Of a stretch of 64,000 nt of DNA, positions 37,212 to 45,673 are shown piece by piece. The notes beneath the pieces were generated by a model that was given only the letters and a program-made list of their open reading frames with translations, searched no databases and was not told the origin of the DNA. Position 1 is the first letter of the stretch; each line of letters opens with the position of its first letter. A program made the translations under genes and the position numbers. Source of the DNA: Syntrophales bacterium (GTDB taxonomy: Bacteria; Desulfobacterota; Syntrophia; Syntrophales; CG2-30-49-12); NCBI GenBank assembly GCA_030018935.1, contig JASEGZ010000004.1:918-64917 (forward strand). The letters run 5' to 3'.

Positions 37212-39662
37212 TTGGGAACGTTTGATTTCATTAAAGACAGAGAAAAAGAACAAAAGATATCGGTCATTCCCCTTTTGCCATTGAGGGATGTGGTTGTATT
37301 TCCCCATATGATCGTGCCTCTCTTTGTGGGAAGGGAAAAGTCCATTGCCACCCTCGAATCTGCTATGAAACAAGAGAAGGGCCTATTCCTGGCGGTACAG
37401 AGGGATGCGCAGAAGGACAATCCGACGGAAGATGATATCTACCGTGTGGGTACAATCGGGACTATAATTCAGCTTTTGAGGCTTCCCGACGGAACGGTTA
37501 AGGTTCTTGTGGAAGGAAAGAAACGGGGGGTCATTAAAGAATACCTACCCGACGAAGAGAACTTTTCCGTCAGAGTTCAAGAGATGGAAGACATTGATGA
37601 TCAGGATGCGGTAAAGACAGAAGCCTTAATGAGAGGCATAAGGGAGGTTTTTGAAACTTACGTAAAGCTCAGCAAGAAAATACCGGTAGAGATGGTTGGT
37701 GCCATGGCATCTATACAAAATCCTTCAAGGATGGCGGATGTTGTTGTATCCCATACCAATATCAAGCTCGAAGACAAGCAGAAAGTCTTAGAGATATGCA
37801 ATATCGCCGACAGGCTGGAAACAATCTACAGGTTAATCTTTGGAGAGGTGGAGATCCTGGAGGTTGAGGAAAAGATCAAGAAACGGGTCAAAAAGCAGAT
37901 GGAAAAGACCCAGAAGGACTACTACCTGAATGAACAGATGCGGGCCATCCAGAAAGAGATGGGTGAGAAGGATGATTTCAAGAATGAGATTGCAGAACTC
38001 GAAAAAAGGTTGAAGCAGAAAAAATTATCAGAAGAAGCCCATAAGAAAGTCAAGCAGGAAATTAAAAAATTGCAGATGATGGCCCCTATGTCGGCGGAGT
38101 CTACGGTAGTCAGAAATTATATAGACTGGTTATTGGATTTGCCATGGTCTGAAAAGACAGACAATAAATACACCCTAAAAGAATCAGAGGCGATCTTGGA
38201 AGAAGACCATTACGGTCTAAAGAAAGTAAAGGAGCGGATCCTCGAGTACCTTGCCGTACAGACTCTGGTGCAAAAAAATAAGGGATCTATCCTCTGTCTT
38301 GTCGGTCCCCCGGGTGTAGGTAAAACCTCTGTCGCCAAATCGGTTGCCCGGGCAACCAACAGAAAGTTTGTCAGAATGTCCTTGGGTGGCGTCAGAGACG
38401 AGGCCGAGATCAGGGGTCACAGAAGAACCTATATCGGCGCTTTACCGGGAAAGATCATTCAGTTATTGAAAAAAGCGGGTGCCAATAATCCGGTCTTTTG
38501 TCTGGATGAGGTTGATAAATTGAGTTCCGATTTCCGGGGAGATCCTTCCGCGGCCCTTCTCGAGGTACTTGATCCGGAACAGAACAATACCTTTAACGAT
38601 AATTACCTCGAAGTTGATTATGACCTTTCCGATGTCATGTTCATTACGACGGCCAATGTCTTGCAAACGATACCTCCTCCTCTCCAGGACAGGATGGAAG
38701 TGATTCGCATTGCAGGTTATACGGAACCGGAAAAGTTGAACATTGCCAGAAAGTTTCTCGTTGCCAAGGAGATGGAGGCCAATGGTCTTACGAAGGACAA
38801 CATCTTCTTCTCGGATGGCGCCTTGCTGGCTATTATCAGAAAATATACAAGGGAGGCAGGTGTCAGGAACCTCGAAAGAGAAATTGCCTCCATATGTAGA
38901 AAGATAGCGAGGGAGATCGTCACGAATGGTGACGGGGGACAGATTAAGATCACCTCCCGGGTTATTCAAAAATACCTGGGAGTACCACAATTCAGATACG
39001 GGGAAACGGAAGGAAAAGATGAAATCGGGCTGACTATTGGTCTGGCATGGACGGAAGTGGGTGGAGAACTCCTTACCATTGAGTCTTCACTCATGAGAGG
39101 AACAGGTAAGATGATATTGACCGGAAAATTAGGGGATGTAATGCAAGAATCCGCTCAGGCGGCTCTGACTTACGTCCGTGCGAGGGCAGAACAGTTCGGT
39201 TTGCCGGAGAATTTTTATAAGGAAACGGACATCCATGTGCACGTACCGGAGGGCGCCATACCGAAGGACGGGCCATCGGCAGGTATTGCCATGGCTACAT
39301 CCATAGCTTCTGCCTTTATAAAAAGAAAAGTTCGTGCGGATCTGGCCATGACCGGTGAAATTACCCTGAGAGGGAGGGTGTTACCCATAGGTGGTTTAAA
39401 GGAGAAACTTCTCGCCGCTCACCGGGGAAATATAAAGACAGTTATCATTCCCAAAGACAATGAAAAGGATCTGGCTGATGTTCCTGCCAATGTTTTAAAG
39501 GCATTGGAAATTCTCTTTGTTGACCATGTTGATGAGGTTTTGAAATGGGCATTCCTTCCCGAGGAAGAAACGAGAGAGAGCGAAACGTGTGAGGAGGAGA
39601 GATACATGCCGGTCCCCCCTGTTATCAGCACACCTCAGATTCCGACGAATGTCTATACCTAA
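37212..39662 (+). CDS. lon: ATP-dependent Lon protease
   Basis: LON N-domain ([12 protein letters not shown]), AAA+ GPPGVGKTS, and protease domain [11 protein letters not shown] with the catalytic Ser. TTG start, so the start is uncertain. Confidence 0.95.
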   Translation: MGTFDFIKDREKEQKISVIPLLPLRDVVVFPHMIVPLFVGREKSIATLESAMKQEKGLFLAVQRDAQKDNPTEDDIYRVGTIGTIIQLLRLPDGTVKVLVEGKKRGVIKEYLPDEENFSVRVQEMEDIDDQDAVKTEALMRGIREVFETYVKLSKKIPVEMVGAMASIQNPSRMADVVVSHTNIKLEDKQKVLEICNIADRLETIYRLIFGEVEILEVEEKIKKRVKKQMEKTQKDYYLNEQMRAIQKEMGEKDDFKNEIAELEKRLKQKKLSEEAHKKVKQEIKKLQMMAPMSAESTVVRNYIDWLLDLPWSEKTDNKYTLKESEAILEEDHYGLKKVKERILEYLAVQTLVQKNKGSILCLVGPPGVGKTSVAKSVARATNRKFVRMSLGGVRDEAEIRGHRRTYIGALPGKIIQLLKKAGANNPVFCLDEVDKLSSDFRGDPSAALLEVLDPEQNNTFNDNYLEVDYDLSDVMFITTANVLQTIPPPLQDRMEVIRIAGYTEPEKLNIARKFLVAKEMEANGLTKDNIFFSDGALLAIIRKYTREAGVRNLEREIASICRKIAREIVTNGDGGQIKITSRVIQKYLGVPQFRYGETEGKDEIGLTIGLAWTEVGGELLTIESSLMRGTGKMILTGKLGDVMQESAQAALTYVRARAEQFGLPENFYKETDIHVHVPEGAIPKDGPSAGIAMATSIASAFIKRKVRADLAMTGEITLRGRVLPIGGLKEKLLAAHRGNIKTVIIPKDNEKDLADVPANVLKALEILFVDHVDEVLKWAFLPEEETRESETCEEERYMPVPPVISTPQIPTNVYT

Positions 39663-39696
39663 CCCGGACAAGCCGGAACCAAAAAGGTCAGAAAAA

Positions 39697-39808
39697 GTTC
39701 AAATGTCAAAGCTCAAAGTTCAAATGAATGTCAAATGACTCAATATCAAAAGATTTATCCCCTTTGTCATTTGAGCTTTGGGCTTCATTTGTCATTTGAG
39801 TTTTGAAC
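39697..39808. repeat. large heptamer-phased hairpin repeat (TCAAATG/TCAAAGC words), probable lon terminator
   Basis: Left arm GTTCAAATGTCAAAGCTCAAAGTTCAAATGAATGTCAAATGAC (39697-39739) and right arm GTCATTTGAGCTTTGGGCTTCATTTGTCATTTGAGTTTTGAAC (39766-39808) are imperfect reverse complements. Begins 35 nt after the lon stop. Confidence 0.75.
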
Positions 39809-39899
39809 TTAAAATTTTCTTGCCAATTTGCGCACAATTTCATTCATAAGAGACTAAAGTAAATACTTGAGGAGTCAGGAGCCAGAATCCAGAATAAAG

Positions 39900-39975
39900 G
39901 GGCGGGTAGCTCAGTCGGGAGAGCGCCACGTTTACACCGTGGATGTCACAGGTTCGAGTCCTGTTCCGCCCACCA
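39900..39975 (+). tRNA. tRNA-Val (anticodon TAC)
   Basis: Acceptor GGGCGGG/TCCGCCC, anticodon stem CCACG/CGTGG with loop TTTACAC, T-arm CAGGTTCGAGTCCTG, encoded CCA. Confidence 0.9.
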
Positions 39976-40067
39976 TGGAAATAAGAAGCCTTTCTTGTTA
40001 GAAAGGCGATTCATGGTTTCACTGATGGCAGTGATGAAAAAGGTTTTTCAAAAGGGATAGGTATTTC

Positions 40068-40144
40068 GGGGTCGTAGTTAAGATGGTTATAACGCCGGCC
40101 TGTCACGCCGGAGGACGTGGGTTCAAGTCCCATCGGCCCCGCCA
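40068..40144 (+). tRNA. tRNA-Asp (anticodon GTC)
   Basis: Acceptor GGGGTCG/CGGCCCC, anticodon stem CCGGC/GCCGG with loop CTGTCAC, T-arm GTGGGTTCAAGTCCCAT, encoded CCA. Confidence 0.9.
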
Positions 40145-40167
40145 TAATTTCATGATCCGCTACATTC

Positions 40168-41286
40168 CTATACACGAGAGGGAAGAAGAACCGAAGCCAT
40201 TCCATACATAGTGGTTTGTCCTCTTTGATTCTCGGCCCTGCAATCTATATCAACCAGATGTTCATCTGCTTCTATGTACTTCTTTACAACCCTTCCTTTT
40301 AACCACGTAGTGTCCCCCACCAAATTGAATGCACGAAGGTCGGCATGCATCTTTCTTAGAAAACCATCGTCACCCATCCAGTTAGTGAGCAAGTTTCCCA
40401 ACCAGCAAATCCTTTGCGGGGCATAATCATAAGCGCCAGTAATGCCGACTTCACCAGCTCTTGTATGTTCCATATGTACTAACTCCGGGACATCAATGAT
40501 ACCAGTCTTAGAATCTATCATCCCTATCGCTGGATGGCGCTTTTGATATTCATAGAAGACTTCATTGGCATATCTGATATATATTGATCCAGCCCCTATG
40601 AGAAAGGCAATATTGTCCCTTGGACTAAGAGGTCCTTTGACGACAGGTGTAAGCTCATTCCCAACATTAACATCTTCCCAGTAGCGTGGATTTGCCCCTC
40701 TTATCTCTTCTCTTTCAATATTATCATAGATTTTCCTTAATTCCTTATGTGTGTATTGAGCCCTCTGGATATCCTTATATTTCCCCCCCTTACCGGCCGC
40801 CGCCCTCTCGGCAAGGACGCTCCAACCTACAGCTTTCGCCACGACTTGTCCGCACTGGTTTTTAAAGATAGTCTCATCCGTACTTATAAAGGTCTGTCCT
40901 GCCATACGACTCTTCTTCTCCTCCACAGAAAGGAGAGTAACCTCAAAAGTAAAACTATCCCCTTCATATATTGGCTTGTACCATTCCCAGGTATTACCTG
41001 AACCCCAGGCATGTATCCCTGGCATCATACCCCCCTGACCAAAGGGCCAATATATACTGTAGAGGAAGCACGGTGGGGCAATTAAGCGTCCCCACTTTGT
41101 TTTCTCCGCGTAACTCTCGTCTCTGTAAAGAGGATTTCTATCCCCTGTTCCATTACAGAAGTGTCTAATAGCATCTTTACATGCTATTGTATTAAACCAT
41201 GGCTCCGTAGGTTTCAATGTCTTTCCAATCCTGCTCCTTGCCCTCTCGAGCATTGCGGGAGTCACTGAAGCATGTTTTTGGGACAT
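40168..41286 (-). CDS. double-hotdog (fused N-terminal dehydratase-like plus MaoC-like) enoyl-CoA hydratase family protein
   Basis: 372 aa. The N-half (AIRHFCNGTGDRNPLYRDESY...PPCF) parallels 32992-33459. The C-half (NLLTNWMGDDGFLRK...KGRVVKKYIEADEHLVDIDCRAENQRG) parallels 32506-32970. Confidence 0.75.
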   Translation of the reverse strand: MSQKHASVTPAMLERARSRIGKTLKPTEPWFNTIACKDAIRHFCNGTGDRNPLYRDESYAEKTKWGRLIAPPCFLYSIYWPFGQGGMMPGIHAWGSGNTWEWYKPIYEGDSFTFEVTLLSVEEKKSRMAGQTFISTDETIFKNQCGQVVAKAVGWSVLAERAAAGKGGKYKDIQRAQYTHKELRKIYDNIEREEIRGANPRYWEDVNVGNELTPVVKGPLSPRDNIAFLIGAGSIYIRYANEVFYEYQKRHPAIGMIDSKTGIIDVPELVHMEHTRAGEVGITGAYDYAPQRICWLGNLLTNWMGDDGFLRKMHADLRAFNLVGDTTWLKGRVVKKYIEADEHLVDIDCRAENQRGQTTMYGMASVLLPSRV

Positions 41287-41428
41287 TTCCTAAATTTCCT
41301 CATCTATGTTCCCCAGCTATACTCCTCTATCCCCTGGACGGTAAGGTACTTACGGTTCATCTCCATTGGATTTTAACCTCACCCCCATGCTTTTTCTCTT
41401 AAAACCACACTTCCACTTCTCCTTGGCT

Positions 41429-41457
41429 TGGTTCATCCCCACGCACGTGGGGAACAT
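41429..41457 (-). repeat. solitary type I-E-like CRISPR repeat
   Basis: TGGTTCATCCCCACGCACGTGGGGAACAT. Its reverse complement has the I-E repeat architecture GTTCCCC-N-GGGGAT(G/A)AACC(G/A), with a 6-bp stem and a 4-nt loop. It is a single copy with no cas genes in the window. Confidence 0.4.
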
Positions 41458-41644
41458 GAGATCACTTTGGTTCAAAACAGGTATTGTTTACAGTATTACC
41501 CAAAACCATGTGTTTATCAAGAGGGAAAAACCCTGTGTCATTTAAACTTTACTGCGACAGCGCCATGAAGGGGAATTTTATGGAAAGGCCAATGATCAGT
41601 CTGAACATAACGTTGGGAAAAGAAGCGCTAACGAGTAGAAAAAC

Positions 41645-41673
41645 TTGACAACCCGCCTTCCTTTTTCTAAACT
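41645..41673 (+). promoter_or_regulatory. candidate sigma-70 promoter (TTGACA-17-TAAACT)
   Basis: TTGACA at 41645-41650 and TAAACT at 41668-41673, ~95 nt upstream of the CoA-transferase gene. Confidence 0.35.
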
Positions 41674-41766
41674 CCATTTCGCAAAAAGCAATGACTCAGC
41701 GGCAGCTTGTTTGCTGCCCAAGCAGGAAATAAATGAGTTTGTCCATTATTTTAATAAGAGGAGGTA

Positions 41767-43104
41767 TTGCCCTTGGATTGGCAGGAAGAGTATAGCAAAA
41801 GGATGATCTCGGCCGAGGAAGCGGTCGCAATGGTAAAACCCGGTGATGCGGTGGCATTCACCGCGGGTCGTGAAGCCTACGCTATAGGTTTAGCTCTCGT
41901 TTCCAGGGTAGTGGAGTTACAGGGCCAAGGCGTGAAGGTCTTCGTTCCAACGCCAGGATACGATTTCGGTTGGTATGACCCCGGCTGGGAGGATTTCTTT
42001 GATTTAACCATCATGATGGCTACGGCCACTTGCCAGGAGGCCATTGATGAAAGGAGGATTGACTTCAATTTCGGGACCATAATCCCCTTTCACATGAACG
42101 AGGATATAATGGAACCCGATATCCTCCTCACCGAGGTATCGCCTCCCGATGGGAAAGGGTTTTGCAGCTTCGGGCAATCGCTATGGAACAAAAAAAGACA
42201 TGTCAGGGCGGCCAAGCTGGTAATCGCTGAGGTAAATGCGAACCTCATCAGAACCTATGGTGATAATTTTATCCATGTCTCGGAGATAGATTACTTTGTG
42301 GAGCATGTCTCCTCGGGGGCAACCCCCGGCGCCGGCTCGCTTGCCGGGAGGAAGAAAAGGGCGCCCGAACCCTATATAAAAGACATCGCCGGATATGTGG
42401 GCTCCATAATGAAGGACAGAGATACCTTTCAAATTGGCGTCGGAAGAACTACGGAACTTTTAGTCCAGCATGGTCTCCTTGATGGCAGACAGGACCTGGG
42501 CTATCATTCCGAAGCCACTCCTCCAAGGATCATTACCCTGGTTCGGGAAGGGATGATAAACGGGAAATATAAGACCCTTAATACCGGTAAGGTGACTGTT
42601 ACCTCTCTTGGGGGTGGCACCAAGGAGGAGATGGAGTGGGCCAGCGATAATCCAATATTTGAATTGGTAGATGTAGCCTACCTTGAGGATATCAGGGTTA
42701 TTGCCGCCCATGATAACATGGTAGCCATTAACCAAGCCCTGGCTATAGAGTTGACAGGGCAGATCACCGCTGAGGGTTTGGGCACACGGCAAGTTAGTGT
42801 CGCCGGGGGGCAGATTCCCTTCGTCTTCGGCGCCTTGCTTTCCAAAGGAGGGCGTTCCATCACCGTCCTGCCGTCAACGGCGAGAGTCGGCGATAGGATT
42901 GCCTCCCGCATTATGCCCACCTTGCCCGAGGGAACACCGATAACTACCCTGCGGAACTGTGCCCAGTATGTAGTTACCGAATATGGGATTGCCAATCTTT
43001 GGGGTAAATCGGTGAGACAGAGAGCGGAGGAACTCATCTCGATAGCTCACCCTGATTTCCGCGCCGAGCTCAGGGAGGCAGCAAAGAAACGCTTCTGGGC
43101 ATGA
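41767..43104 (+). CDS. acetyl-CoA hydrolase/transferase-family CoA-transferase (4-hydroxybutyrate / succinyl-CoA:acetate type)
   Basis: 445 aa. N-terminal W..EY..K..SAEEAV..VKPGD, and a conserved GGQIPF / EYGIANL-type C-terminal region. Alternative TTG start at 41773 has better RBS spacing. Confidence 0.82.
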   Translation: MPLDWQEEYSKRMISAEEAVAMVKPGDAVAFTAGREAYAIGLALVSRVVELQGQGVKVFVPTPGYDFGWYDPGWEDFFDLTIMMATATCQEAIDERRIDFNFGTIIPFHMNEDIMEPDILLTEVSPPDGKGFCSFGQSLWNKKRHVRAAKLVIAEVNANLIRTYGDNFIHVSEIDYFVEHVSSGATPGAGSLAGRKKRAPEPYIKDIAGYVGSIMKDRDTFQIGVGRTTELLVQHGLLDGRQDLGYHSEATPPRIITLVREGMINGKYKTLNTGKVTVTSLGGGTKEEMEWASDNPIFELVDVAYLEDIRVIAAHDNMVAINQALAIELTGQITAEGLGTRQVSVAGGQIPFVFGALLSKGGRSITVLPSTARVGDRIASRIMPTLPEGTPITTLRNCAQYVVTEYGIANLWGKSVRQRAEELISIAHPDFRAELREAAKKRFWA

Positions 43105-43144
43105 TGATAGCTCTTACTGGTCAACCCCGGAAGCAAAGATAGAT

Positions 43145-43191
43145 GAGTCGTAAGTCATAAGACTGACGACTGACGACTGATGACTGACAAG
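43145..43191. repeat. heptamer-phased repeat (GTCGTAA / GACTGAC words)
   Basis: GAGTCGTAAGTCATAAGACTGACGACTGACGACTGATGACTGACAAG, between the CoA-transferase stop and the next gene's RBS. Confidence 0.7.
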
Positions 43192-43209
43192 TGAGGAGGT
43201 AAAAGTTTT

Positions 43210-44349
43210 ATGGAAGAGATGATGAAGGAGTTTTTTAGTTACACTTCGGATCCTTATCGTGCCATCTCGGAATGGAAGGAGGCCAGTAAAAAGAAGGTCG
43301 TCGGGGTTTTCCCCATGTGGATACCGGAGGAGATAATCCATGCCTCGGGGATGCTCCCCGTGGTGATGTGGAGGAGTAACGAGGCCGTCACGTGGGGATA
43401 TGCCCATGTGCCCTCCTATAACTGCCCGATGAATAAAAGCGTGGTTGATGATGCCGTCAAGGGAAAGTTGAAATTCATGGACGGCATGGTCTTCTTGAGG
43501 GAATGCCTGCAATCTCAGGAAGTGCCGTACATTATCGAAAATAATGCCTGCCCGCCTTTTGAAGAATATCTCTACCTCCCCCCCATATACCACGGGGATA
43601 AGGCATCAAAGGGATTCACCAGGGACGAATTTGAAAAACTCAGAGCCGGTCTGGAAAAGTTCGGCGGGGAAAAGATTACAGATGAGAAACTGAAGGAGAG
43701 TATCCGCATCTATAACCGGAATCGTTCGTTACTGAGAAGGCTTTACGAGATAAGAAGGAAAAAGCCCGGAATTTTGAAGGGAAAGGATATCCTCAGGGTA
43801 GTATGGGCGAGCATGCTGATGCCGAAAGAGGAGCACAGTAAATTGCTTGAGAAACTGGTCTCCGAACTGGAAAAAGACGGGCACGCACCGGCAAAAGGAA
43901 AAAAAGTCTTCCTCTCCGGGTGTCTTTGTATCCATCCCCAGCTTGAACTCCTGGATATGATAGAGGATCTCGGAATGTCCGTTGTGGATGACGACATATA
44001 TGTAGGATACAGATACTTTGCAAACGATGCAGAGGTGACAGATGATCCTATGGGGGCGCTGGTGGAACGCTACTTTATTAAGACGCCTGTAGACCCGGCA
44101 AGGGGAGAGGTGGAGTTGCACTGGGGGGATGAATTGGTAGAGAAGGTGAAAAAGGTGGGTGCAGACGGCATTATTACCCTGCTGACTAAATATTGCCCCC
44201 CCCATCTCTGTTATTATCCTGATATCAAGGTGAAGTTGGCGGATGCCGGCATACCCGAGGTGCTTATAGAGGTAGAACATGAAATTATATCGTTGGAGGG
44301 CATAAAGACAAGGTTGCAATCGTTTAAAGAAATAATAGGAGGTGTTTAA
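43210..44349 (+). CDS. 2-hydroxyacyl-CoA dehydratase / benzoyl-CoA reductase BcrC-HgdB-family subunit
   Basis: 379 aa. Family-typical layout: N-terminal VVGVFPMWIPEEIIHASG, conserved Cys in YNCP and KYCPPH, and C-terminal DGIITL... Confidence 0.72.
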   Translation: MEEMMKEFFSYTSDPYRAISEWKEASKKKVVGVFPMWIPEEIIHASGMLPVVMWRSNEAVTWGYAHVPSYNCPMNKSVVDDAVKGKLKFMDGMVFLRECLQSQEVPYIIENNACPPFEEYLYLPPIYHGDKASKGFTRDEFEKLRAGLEKFGGEKITDEKLKESIRIYNRNRSLLRRLYEIRRKKPGILKGKDILRVVWASMLMPKEEHSKLLEKLVSELEKDGHAPAKGKKVFLSGCLCIHPQLELLDMIEDLGMSVVDDDIYVGYRYFANDAEVTDDPMGALVERYFIKTPVDPARGEVELHWGDELVEKVKKVGADGIITLLTKYCPPHLCYYPDIKVKLADAGIPEVLIEVEHEIISLEGIKTRLQSFKEIIGGV

Positions 44350-44351
44350 AG

Positions 44352-45620
44352 ATGAGCGTGGAATATAAACTAAACAGGCTTGACACTTCAGGAGTTGGTC
44401 CCCTCGTTGACAAGCATTGGAGGGAGCTTAGAGAAGCTAAGGAAAAAGGAATGAAGGTGGCGTGGTCTTCTGGGCCACTGTTTGTATATTCATATGCCAC
44501 TCCCAATATGGCATCCCATTTTATGGCCGGCTATGCCGCTTATTGCGGGGGGAGAAAGATGGGAGACGAGGTGCTCGAAGCTGCTGAGAGGTACGGGGAA
44601 CTTAGAGATACATGTTCTTATCATCGCCTTCATACCGGTATGGCGGCGATGATTGCAAATAAATGGCCGGTGACAGATCCAAGGGTGATTCTCCCTCTTC
44701 CTGATTTGTTGATTTCAGGACGGTTTTGTACCGAGATGTCTCATTATATGGAGGCAATCCACCGGAGGTTTGGCACAAAAGCCGTAATCATAGAATTACC
44801 TGTGGCCCGTAAGAAAGAGGATTTGCCGAGGATAGAGAAGTACGTAACAAATCAGATAAAGGAGACCCTCATACCGGCCATAGAAAAGACAAGCGGCAGC
44901 AAGTTTAATGAAGAGAATATGAGAAATATCTTCAGAGCATGGAAAGAAGACCTGATAATTCGGAATAAATGTTGGGAATTTCTCAAGAGAAAGCCTGCCC
45001 TCTGGACATTGTGGGATTATGGTGTCAGCATCGCCCCCATATTTTATGCCATGGGAAAACCGGAGAGCCACGAGTACTACGTTAATCTCTTAGCACAATT
45101 AGAAGAAAGGGCGGCCAAGAATATCCCCGCAGTTCATCCTGATGGGGAGAAATACCGTCTGTACTGGGATGGCTGGCTTCCCTGGGCATTTCTGGGAAAG
45201 TTTCTCCGTTTGATGGTCCCCCATGGAGCGATCCCGATCACCGGGAGGTACCCGTGGGAATTTTTCCCTTACCCTGAAGATATAAATCCCGAAGCCGATG
45301 ATATTATCCACGAGTGGATCAGGTTGCTCTATACCAGCCCCAACACGCTGGGATACCATGATGGCCCATGGGGAGGGGAAGAGCACGTGGAGAAGCTTAT
45401 CCAGGAATATTCCTGTGATGGGATGCTCTTCTTCTCATCCAAGACCTGCCGCCTCTGGAACCTGGGACAACAGGAAATCATAAACAAGGTGGAAAGGAAA
45501 TACGGTATCCCAGGAATTGTCATCGAAGGAGACATGATAGATTCGACGATGGTCTCTGAAGATCAGTTAAGAACGAGGATAGAGGCATTGCTGGAAACGA
45601 TTGATGCGAGAAGGAGATAA
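44352..45620 (+). CDS. 2-hydroxyacyl-CoA dehydratase / BcrB-HgdA-family subunit
   Basis: 422 aa, starting 2 nt after the partner gene. Conserved Cys contexts DTCSYHR, GRFCTEM and SKTCRLW are typical of this Fe-S dehydratase/reductase family. Confidence 0.72.
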   Translation: MSVEYKLNRLDTSGVGPLVDKHWRELREAKEKGMKVAWSSGPLFVYSYATPNMASHFMAGYAAYCGGRKMGDEVLEAAERYGELRDTCSYHRLHTGMAAMIANKWPVTDPRVILPLPDLLISGRFCTEMSHYMEAIHRRFGTKAVIIELPVARKKEDLPRIEKYVTNQIKETLIPAIEKTSGSKFNEENMRNIFRAWKEDLIIRNKCWEFLKRKPALWTLWDYGVSIAPIFYAMGKPESHEYYVNLLAQLEERAAKNIPAVHPDGEKYRLYWDGWLPWAFLGKFLRLMVPHGAIPITGRYPWEFFPYPEDINPEADDIIHEWIRLLYTSPNTLGYHDGPWGGEEHVEKLIQEYSCDGMLFFSSKTCRLWNLGQQEIINKVERKYGIPGIVIEGDMIDSTMVSEDQLRTRIEALLETIDARRR

Positions 45621-45623
45621 TCT

Positions 45624-45654
45624 GTGTGGGGCGGGTTTGAAACCCGCCCCACAC
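45624..45654. terminator. perfect hairpin between convergent operons
   Basis: GTGTGGGGCGGGTT-TGA-AACCCGCCCCACAC (14-bp GC-rich stem), sitting between stop 45620 (+) and stop 45674 (-). No long T-tract. Confidence 0.6.
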
Positions 45655-45673
45655 TGCCCCCTACCTAAACAAA

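Noticed and set aside
39697-39808. Heptamer-phased repeats as CRISPR arrays
   Set aside because: The units are 7 nt (or 21 nt) with no unique spacers of 30-40 nt. The elements are palindromic and scattered singly, so they are not CRISPR-like.
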